From contig JBHGNT010000001.1 of assembly GCA_043228905.1 (NCBI GenBank), positions 23,002,001 to 23,066,000 on the forward strand: a stretch of 64,000 bases of DNA. Direction: 5' to 3'. Below the pieces are notes generated by a model. That model was not told the DNA's origin, made no database searches, and saw only the letters and a program-made list of their open reading frames with translations. This document shows, in pieces, positions 13,761 through 23,226 of the stretch. The translations under genes and the position numbers were made by a program. Each line of letters opens with the position of its first letter. Position 1 is the first letter of the stretch. This DNA comes from Azolla caroliniana. Lineage: Eukaryota > Plantae > Polypodiophyta.

Positions 13761-13777
13761 TGGCACGCCCGTGGGAC
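13761..13777 (+). promoter_or_regulatory. Second PBS-like site of B (tRNA-Arg complement) at the position normally held by the PPT
   Basis: TGGCACGCCCGTGGGAC, 2 nt from the LTR, resembling the tRNA-Arg(UCU)-type PBS TGGCACGCCCGGTGGGAC (recalled consensus). Confidence 0.7.
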
Positions 13778-13812
13778 AGTACCTTGTACGTCGAATCCAC
13801 AACCGACCCTTG

Positions 13813-16797
13813 CTATTCTTCGTCCAAAATGTCCAGAATGCTCTGTTCGAGAGGCTCCAATGGTTCATCTCGAAGTGGTTGTTGTTGTTGTTGCTCTGTT
13901 GCTGTCTGCTGCGGCGGGTCCGTTGGTGGTTGCTGCGGCTGCTCCTCCGTTTGTGGCTCTGACACCGGCGTCTCTGTCGTTGCTCCCTGCGTCGTGGTGG
14001 TCTCCGGTTGACTGGTTCCCGGCTGGCCCTCAACCGACGACGGTTCCTCATCACTAAGTAACCGTTGTCGCTTCCTGTGCTTTTTCTTCTCGTACCCGGG
14101 ACCGCTCGTAGCTTTCAAACTGTATTTGAGCGTCCAACCTATCATCGTCCAGCTGAGCTACGAGCTGTCTGACCTGCGCCAACTGTTCATCTGCCAGGAC
14201 TTGGAAGTCGTCGACCAGGTCGTCCCGTATGGCGGTGAAGTCCTCAGAAGTTAGCGTATAACAGTCATCTCCTTCCTTCCGCCGGTTTGCCACATCCGCC
14301 CATAGCAACTGGAGTTCCGCCGCGTTTTGTGCCCACTTTGTCCACCATTTTACGGAGCTTTCATCAATCAAGTGCTTCGTCTGATTCAGCCATGCCCGGA
14401 GGATGGACTGAATCCGGCTCGTTCCCAATTGCGATTTGGTTTCTGCCGCTTGCCGTTCCTCCTTCAGTTGTTTGATGATTTTTACGTTGTCCTCCGCCTA
14501 CGCCTTGTAATGCGTCAGTTGCCTTTGATATGTACTTTGTAATTTCTGCAATACTGTAGATGCTCTCTCTTTGTCTTCCTGCTGCTGCTTCTGGAGCTCC
14601 ATTTGGACCTTTTCCGCCTCTTCCAAGCGTCTTGTATTTTCCGCCCGTTCGTCGGCGATCGCCGTTGCGGCTCGATCAACTGCCTGCTGGAGCTCGGCCA
14701 TCCGTTCTTTATGCTCTATTTCCAGCCGTTTGTAGTCCTGGTGCAGGTGCTCAAAATCATCCGTCTTTTGCTTGAGCCGTGCGTTGATCTGACGACGGGC
14801 CCGGTCCTCGTGGTCCTTCTGCTGGTGGAGCTCTTCCTTTAGCCGTTCTATCTCTGTTTTCGCCGTTTTCCGCAGCTTGTCCTTTTCCTGCAGCACTTTG
14901 TCTTTCTCCTCCTTTAGCCGGTCGTACGCTTGATGGCCTTTCCGGAGGCTCTCCTCTGCCCGGCGGAGGTTCTCAGCAGTCTTCTTTAATTCGGCTTCGG
15001 CCGCCGTCTTCAATTCTCGTTCACGGCTCCTTAGCGCTTCTTGTGCGGCAAGTTCTCTCTCAATTCCACAAGCTCCCGAGCTTGCGCCGCATCTCTCGCC
15101 GGAACGGTTTCCGTTGCCGGGGTCTTATTACTATGTACAGGTCGTTCCGTTTCATTATTCTGTACACTTACCGGAGTCACCGGTGATTGGATCCGTATTT
15201 TAGCCATCTCTGTCGTGACCTGATCCAAATCTTTTTCAAGGCACCGGATTCTGGACCGGGCCGTCTCTAGTTGTTCGGTTGTGACGAGCAACCGTTCGCT
15301 TTGCGCTCTTTCTTCCGCCTCTATATACCCCACTGCTCCGGCTATCTGTTCGCCTATCCACCGGAGCCACAGGCTACCGGTGCCTTGTTGTGCTTGCACG
15401 AAGGTTTGATAGATGGGCTCACTTGTAGAGGGGTGGTCCCGCCTGGTTGTGCCAAGTTGCAGTTCCGTTTCTGCCCGTGGACCATCCTGCTGTCCTTGGT
15501 CCCCTTGCGCTTCTTCTTGGCTGACCGAGGGAGGCTGCAATGACCTTTCCGGCTCTGGCGGAATGGGACTTGCCGGTGTTGCCGGTGGTGCCGGGGCCTC
15601 TGTTTCTGGTTCCTTCCGCACCGGTTCCAGTTCCTTCCTTGGCGTAGGAGTCTCAGTATGGGGAGCCGGTGTTCCCTCCGTCTGAGGGTCCGAACGTTTC
15701 CCGACTGTCTCAACGGTCCTTGCCGACGACCGTCGCTGGAGGTGCTCTGTAGGCTCCTCCTCTATTTCCTCCTATTGAGCTCCGGCATTGAGTTTTTCCG
15801 CCAAGGGGTCCACTTCTCGATTCACCGGTCGGCGGAGTGTGACCTTTACGGGTCGTGCCGGTGGTTCCTCCTGCGCCTCCGTTGGGCGCTTCCGGCTGCC
15901 ACTTCCTGCTGCCGCCTGGTCTGCATCCACCGCCTTTCCCTTACTGGCCTTAGAGGCCAACAGTTGCTGCCGTTTGGAAGCCGTCCTTGGGGTGCCGTCT
16001 GGCACTCTTCCTCGCTTCTTGCGCTGGACGGTCTGAACGGGTGGCACCGGCAGGGTGAGCCACTGCGTTACGACGTGCCATATCCTTCGTCCGTCTCGGC
16101 CTTCTTTGCCGTCTTTGCCTCTGACGATCTCGATCGCCGCACACAACCCGTCTGCAATCAATACCGGCCAATCCACCTTGATCCCTTCATAGGTGGCGAT
16201 GATCATCCCTGCCCGGTTCTGCGGCATGACAGGGGGTCTAGGGTATACATGGCTGTATTCATGGAGCACACGAGCAATTTCGCGGAACAACATATCTCCG
16301 CCGCCCTGTGTCCGGTAGCCCTTGCTGGCTAGAGAGTACTCACCAAAATACCTGATGAGTTGCTCCGGGGTTGGATTGTCGATCGTGAGTATGCCTCCCT
16401 TCGGAAGGCCTGTTAACGCTCGAATCGCCTCTGCCGTTATGACCTCTGTATCGATTTCCTTGATCACTTTGTCGGCTTCTTTGTGTGGCGGTACTTCCAT
16501 CATCATCAGGAAGCCCTCGAGCCCGTGTTGCTTCAGCCATGTCTTGGCGGCTTCCGACAACATTTGCGGGTCCATTTCTGTGTCGGGGTCGGACTGCGGT
16601 GGCGAGGATGGATGGTGATGAGAGCGGGGTTGAGAAAGAGAGAGTTCAGAAGGCGGGGGTTCTCTGTGCGCAGGTTCTCTTCTGATAATCTTGCAGCGTT
16701 TCGGTGCTTCTGTGCTCCTGGGTTCGCGAAAATAGAGGGTCTCTACGCGCAATGGTTTTTGTCTGTGCATTCTGGCGCCTTTTTCGAGTTTGTGCAT
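13813..16797 (-). pseudogene. Element B extra 3' ORF (about 900-1000 aa): plant-mobile-domain/Athila-ORF-like N-part plus a long coiled coil; 2 stops and 2 frameshifts
   Basis: ORFs 15772..16797 and 15031..15621 share a frame, as do 14498..15013 and 14054..14428, followed by 13813..14145. Motif VITAEAIRALTGLP and E/K/Q/R-rich heptads. Confidence 0.7.
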
Positions 16798-16930
16798 GTC
16801 GCGTACTTAAAATAGCATTATGTCCTGTGGTGGCGCTTTAAATGCCCACTACGTACCTTTTCGCTCCACGCTCTTTCATCCATTCATTCCTCGCTTTTGC
16901 ATGATTGTTATTATTATTATTAGTGTGACG

Positions 16931-19900
16931 TCACATGTCCGTTGGTCCTCCCGGACCCTTACCGGCCACATTCTCTCCGGTTACCGGCTTGCCGTCTCTG
17001 CCGTCTTCGTGGTTGCCGTCGGTCCTTTGCTCAAATGGGTTCTTAGGCATCGGTCCTCTATATGCCTTTAACCGGAATCCATTCACCCATTTGCCCAGCA
17101 CTTCGCCGGCAAGTGTCCCCAACTGGTAGGACCCATTATACTCCCGTGTTAGCCAATATGGTCCGGTCCATCTAAACCTTAGTTTACCCGGCATCTTGCC
17201 CATCCGGGTTTGGAATACTAGCACTGGTTTGCCAATTGCGAACATTTTTTCGTTACCTTTCCTGTGCCGGTCGACGAATGCTTTCCGTCGCCGTTGCTCT
17301 AATTCTAAATGTAGGATGCTGGCCAACCGTTGTTCCTCCAGCTCACACAACGCTGTCAACCTTATTGTCTCCGACTCCTTCTCGTTCAGCCGTTCTCGTA
17401 GCTGAATCCGTAAGCTAGGTACTTGAAATTCTACCGGCATGACCGCCTCGAGTCCGAACGCCAACCGGAACGGTGTTGTTCGGATGCTCGTTTTGTATGT
17501 CGTCCGGTATGCCCAAAGCGCGCTATGTAGCTTTGTGTCCCAATCCGTCCGGTTCTCGTTGACGATCTTCCGAAGGATGTTCTGGAGCGTCTGTGGATAG
17601 TAAGGTGTGCTTCGTTTGTGGACCACGACATAGAAGGTCGTTAGGCTTTCCACCACTTGTCCGAGAAAGTGCCCCCCTTGGTCACTTATCAATTCAATGG
17701 GGCATCCGTAACGGCACCAGATGTACTCATATAGAAACTTTGCCGTTGACGCAACGGTGTTATCCCGTAAAGCTTTGGCCTCCACCCATTTCGTGCAGTA
17801 ATCCGTAGCAACGATAACGTACTGATTACCCGTTCTCATTGCCGGTGGCTTGAACGGTCCTACAAAGTCCAGCCCCCACTTTTGGAATGGCTCGAGTGGT
17901 AGTACCGGCTGGTGTGGCATACAAGCCTGCTCCGTTGGCTGGCCCATTCTTTGGCATAGGTCACATTCTTTTGCGTACCGTACCGCATCTCTTAATGTCG
18001 TTGGCCACCATAGGCCACTTTGCCATATTTTTTTGGCTATCGCATCTCCGGCATAGTGACCTCCAGCAACTCTGCAGTGGGCTTCCCTTAGTATCAGTTC
18101 CTTTTCATCGCTGCGCACCGCCCGTCTCCATATGTCGTCAGCTCCCTTGTGGTACAGTGTGTCTTGCAGTAAGCAGAAATGTCGGCTTTGTACCGCCAGG
18201 CGTTTCCGTTCATCCCGGTTCAACTCTTCCGGAGGCAGTCCTGTGCTCAGAAACTGGTGCATATTTGTGAGCCACTTGTCTTCCTGGGCCACTGTCTCAT
18301 CTGCCGCTGTCTCCGTAGTGACTCGAAACAGCTCCGCATCCGGAAACTCATCCGGTACTCCGTCACCCGTCTCTCCGGACTCCAATCGGCTTAAGTAATC
18401 CGCTACGGCATGCTGTATACCGGGTCGGTGGAATATTTCAAACTCGAACTCCTGTAACAGTAAGGTCCACCGGGCCAATTTGCCGGTGAGTGACGCCTTG
18501 GACACCAGGTAAAGGAGTGCTGAATGATCTACATGGAAGGAAAACTTCCTTCCCAATAAATAGTGCCGAAACTTTGTCACACTGTAGATCATTCCTAGAG
18601 CTTCCCGTTCCGTAGTAGAGTAGTTCCGTTCTGCTTGGGATAGCTTCCGGCTGGCATAGTACACTGGCCGGTACCACTTTGGTTCCGTAAGCTGCATCAA
18701 TACGCTTCCGATTGCGATGTCGGAGGCGTCCACGAACACGTGAAATTCTTTACTCCAATCCGGAGGTTGTACTACCGGTGCCTGCGATAATAGTACCTTG
18801 AGGGCCTTATACGCCCTATCCTTAGTATCGGTCCACTGGAATGGTGTCTGATGTACGGCGGCATGCAACGGTGTAGCCAGGTCGGCCAAGTATCGGAGCA
18901 TCCGGCTGTGCCACCGGATCTGGCCTAAGAACCGGCTCAATGCCTTTGCCGTTGCCGGCGCCGGTGCTTCTAATATGGCTTTCACTTTGTCCGGGTCGAC
19001 TGCTATACCTTCCTGGCTTACGATATGTCCTAATAAAGTTCCACTGGACACGCCAAATACACACTTTGCCGGATTCAAGCTTAGCCGGTATGCTCTACAC
19101 TTTTCTAGACAAAGACGGAGATGCTGAAAATGGTCCTCCTCCCGGCTATAGACGGCGAAATCGTCAAGGAAAACCTGCATAAAAGCCGGTATATATTCAC
19201 CAAAGATTTCCATGATGATTCTTTGAAACGTTGCCGGTGCTGTTTTGAGTCCGAACATCATCACCACGGCCACAAACACCCCCCATTCGGTGACGAATGC
19301 CGTTTTCTCTTGGTCGTCGGGGTGCATCCGGATCTGATTATATCCGCTGAATCCGTCTAGGAAGCTATAGACCTCATGGCCGGCGATGGCATCCAACACT
19401 CCATCCGTGAACGGAAGTGGAAATGCATCCGTTACCGTAGCCGCATTGAGTTTCCGGTAGTCCACGCAAACTCGAATTTTTCCGTTCTTCTTCGGTACGA
19501 CTACGATCGGGCTCAGCCATGTCGCTTTCTTTACCGGACGGATAAAGCCAACTCTTAGTAGTTTGTCGATTTCTTCCTTGACCTTGGCAGCATAATTGGG
19601 ATTCATTCGGTACCATCTTTGTGCCACTGGTTTTGCGTCTTTGCTCAAGTGCACTTGATGCTGGTATAACTGAGGGTCGAGTCCTCGCATGTCTTCGTAT
19701 GACTAGGCGAATACGTCGCGAAATTCCGTGAGAAGTGTTATCATCGCCGTTTTGTCTCCGGACTTCATCTCCTTGGCGATGTGCACCGGTTTTGCTTCGT
19801 CCGTGGTGCCTAAATTCACCTCTTCCAATTGCGATGCTTTTACGCGTTGTGAAACGGCCATTTCCCATTCCAACGCTTCCTGCGCTTGCCGTAACTCCCG

Positions 19901-22735
19901 GATTGCGTCTTTATCCGGTTCTGCTTCCGCCTCTTCCGGTTGCGGTAAGTACGGTGCTACGGCCTCGACAATGTCAATTTCGAAGAGGGGTATGATCTTC
20001 GGGTTTTCCTGCAGGTATTGAGCTTCTTCTTCGTCCGCTAACCCTTCGAGCATGTTGACGCATTCCGCATACAACGGTGTACATTCCTTGCCAGTACTCG
20101 TCCTTGGCTGTGTTGGTACCCGTACCTTGGCTTTTCCTCGCCGGAAGGTAATTATATTTTTTCGCCAATTCTGTTTGATATGTGCCGTTTTCAACCATGG
20201 CCGCCCCAGCAATAGTGGGTATGCGCCTTGTGCCTGTAATTGTAGCACTACGGCCGAGATGTGAAATGTATGTCCGCCGACGGTGACTTCTAATTTCCGT
20301 ATTAATCCTGTCGGCCGCACTGAGCTTGTATCGGCCATCCGCAACCAGAACGGACACGGCTCCCACTCGTGGATTCCTAGGTCCTCACACGTCCAGAGGC
20401 TTATTACATTTACCCCAGACCCTCCGTCTATAACTGTGTCGGGGAGTTCTTTCCCTTTTACAATGGCAGTGATTACCGGACTGCTGGTGTCTACCACTGT
20501 TGGTCCCTCCTCCGGATTCGAGAAGAGTACCGGTGCCGGTGATGGTTCTCCTGCCGTCATGGCCGTCTTCAGTCCTTCCGTGAATCTAGGCACGAGTTGT
20601 AGGAGTCTTCCTAGTGGTAACGTAATCTGGCATTCTTGCAACGCCTGCCATGTCTCGTTCTCGGAGTGACTACCGCCGGCAAGCCCTGCGGTGTTCTCCT
20701 TTTGCTGCTGTAAGTCTGTGACATTCTGCTCGTTTGATTTCTTTACCCATTCCGTTGCTTGTTTGCAGATGGTCTCCCGTGTCTCCCATTCTTTGGCCAT
20801 GCCCTTTGATCTTGTGGTCACCTGCTGCAAGTCTGCCACCTCAGGGACTACCATATTTATCGTCGGTCGTTTTTCATAGCTCTTTACCGGGCATTGGTTA
20901 CTATAATGGCCTTCCTGTCTGCAGTAGTAGCAGTAGGCTTTCCGGGCATTGCTAGATTCGGCATTGTCTGTTGTACCCGGGGCAGGTCCTACGGTACGCG
21001 TGGGGTTTTGTACCGGTTGGCTACTTGGAGCGCCTTGTTCCGGGTCCCGGGGGTAGCCGCCTTTTTTAAAATGCCGTTTTTTGTTAAAGCTCTTCTTATT
21101 ACGGTACTCTTGACGGGGTTGCCCGTTATATCGGCCGTATTCCTCCCGTTGCTGACGATACCCGGGGGAGTGCTCCCGGTCGTACTGTTCGTATCGTCTA
21201 TTGTAATCCTGGTGCCGATCATGCCGGTCATAGTTATCTCGCCGATCACCGTACCGGACATCATTTTCCCGTCGCTCGCCGTACCGGACATTATTTTCCC
21301 GTCGCTCGCCATACCGGACCTCATTTTCCCGTCGCTCGCCATACCGGACATCCTGTGCCGGTCGGTCACGGTCCATTCGCCGCCAGCGTTCGTCTTCTTC
21401 GTCCCGGCTGCTGCGTGGCTCAATTTGTCGGACGGGCGGTGCTTGCCGAGTCAACAGATTATACTCGCACCTATCCGTCGTATGGCTCTTGGACTGACAG
21501 ATTACACATTGCATCCTCATAGTGCATTCTTGAGCCGAGTGTCCGGAATTCAAGCAGGTTGTGCACTGTATTGCTTGCCGAAACCGGAGGTCTTCATCGG
21601 ACGGTAACGCCCGTTGAAGTGCGCCCAGTGTGAGCCAGGAGCTTGTCTTTTCCATCTCTTTCACCCGGTCAATGACCTGGTCGATGGTACTTGTACGGAA
21701 ATCGATTACCGTGCAAACCGTGCGTAGGGGTTCCCGGAGTGCGTTTAGGAATATCGTCCGTAATTCCTCCTCCGGGGGTGCACGGGTAAGCTGACTATGC
21801 ATCCGTTGAAACCGGATGACAAATTGGGGAATGCTCTCCCCTGCCTCTTGCCGGATAGTATAAAATAAGCCTACCATTATGGTCTGGTCCACCTCCTTTT
21901 GAAAAAAATGCATGAATTTAGCTTTTAAATCTGCAAAGGTGTTGATGGTAGACGGGTCCTGCGTCCGGCGCCATCTTGCTGCCGGTCCCTCCAATGTGAC
22001 GCCAAACTCTACTATCTTAGAGCGTTCTTCTTCCTCCGGTGTCAGTCGCTGGGACACATGGTTGGCTTCCCATGTCTGTTCAAATGCGTGCACATGAGCT
22101 TCCGCGTCCGAATCATCTCTATACTTGGAGTACTGGAACGACATGTCGTCGTCCAGTATCGGTGCGCGGGCTGGTAGTGTTGGTGCTCGTTCCGGAATTT
22201 TCTCCGGTGTCGGTGGTCTTTCCCGATTTGATTCCGGTGTCAGTTGTTTCTCTTCCGCTGGTGACGGAGGCCTCTCCTCCTCGACTTCTGGTGTCGGAGG
22301 TCTTTCTTCTTCTGCTGGTTCTGGGGGTTCCAGCGTTAGCACTTCCGGTTCCGGTTCCGGTGTCGGTAAGGTATCCGATCCTTCGTCCTCCGGTCTGCCC
22401 GGGGTTTCGTTGCTGCTACGGTAGTTCGTGTGCACGCTGTATTCCCCTTCGGAGTCCGATTCATATGCTGAAAAGGCCTCTGCTTCGCCTTCTCCATTTG
22501 CCAACGCCTGGAGAAGGGATTCGGTTTCCCGGAGGCTGCTTAGGCTGTTGCCGTCGTCTGGGTGCGATGTTTGCTGTAACCAGTGGGAGTCCTCCGCTAC
22601 TCTCCGGATTACGTTGGAAAACGAGCGATCCGCTCTAATTTCCTGCGCCGCTTGCTAGAAGGCCTCGCGTCTCCTTTGCCTTTCGGCAAGGCGTCGAGTT
22701 CGATCTGTAACCAGGTCGTGCGTTGATCTAGACAT
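16931..22735 (-). pseudogene. gag-pol: Element B gag-pol, a single reading frame with two in-frame TAG stops (22655-22657, 19703-19705)
   Basis: Three CCHC knuckles, protease VIDGGSGVN, RT FLDD, RNase H VDASD, integrase HHCC/WGLDFVGP/ISDQG and WTGPY. ATG at 22735 is in the same frame as ORFs 19703..22504 and 16931..19690. Confidence 0.95.
21245..21352 (-). repeat. 30-bp coding tandem repeat (xVRYGERREN) x about 4 in gag of B
   Basis: CCGGAC..ATTTTCCCGTCGCTCGCC units; peptide DVRYGERRENEVRYGERRENNVRYGERRENDVRYGDRRDN. Confidence 0.85.
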
Positions 22736-22769
22736 CCATCCGTGCCGTCGTTCGCTGCAAAAACAGGAA

Positions 22770-22781
22770 TCGTGGTTGCCA
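22770..22781 (-). promoter_or_regulatory. Element B primer binding site (TGGCAACCACGA, tRNA-Arg(UCG)-like)
   Basis: Follows the 5' LTR after a CAGTTTT spacer. It starts with TGG (complement of CCA); a T-run spacer is typical of Athila/Tat elements. Confidence 0.6.
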
Positions 22782-22788
22782 AAAACTG

Positions 22789-23221
22789 TGTTAACTCTTC
22801 GGGCCGGACAATGGCCTAACACAGGGTGTCTACGTGAGACACTTCACCAAAGGGTGTTACGGCAACCGGATTAGACTTCAACGCTTAATCCGACTTAGTT
22901 AAGTTACTTATTAGGATCGTCTTCATAACACGCGTAAGATATAACAATTAAGACAGAACGGCAATTGACATAGAGATATAACAACGCTTAAGCTTTCATT
23001 AATTAACCGCTAACTATTACATTGTATCCGGGCCTTTAAATAGGTTTCCGGTCTGTATTACAAAACGGTGCCATCCGCACTTGTTCGGGATCGGTCCGGA
23101 TCCGGAACAGCATACCGATTCCGGTTCGTCCGTCCACACTCATAGCTTAATTACAACCACATTCCTACTACTTAATTAGCTCTCCGTTTCCCACTTTGGA
23201 CTCCTTTGCCGGCCGGTAACA
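22789..23221 (-). repeat. Element B 5' LTR
   Basis: Direct repeat of 13326-13758; TATA-like CTATTTAAAG on the minus strand near 23034-23043. Confidence 0.95.
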
Positions 23222-23226
23222 CGTTG

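Larger units (their letters stand above)
13326..23221 (-). mobile_element. Element B: near full-length Ty3/gypsy non-chromovirus (Athila/Tat-related) LTR retrotransposon with an extra 3' ORF, inserted in the RNase H of A
   Basis: 433-bp LTRs (13326-13758, 22789-23221; TGTTAAC...GTAACA; about 14 mismatches counted by eye) and a perfect 5-bp TSD CGTTG (13321-13325, 23222-23226). Confidence 0.95.

Noticed and set aside
13743-22658. Numerous plus-strand ORFs within element B
   Set aside because: Antisense shadows of GC-rich gag-pol and the extra ORF; no independent motifs.
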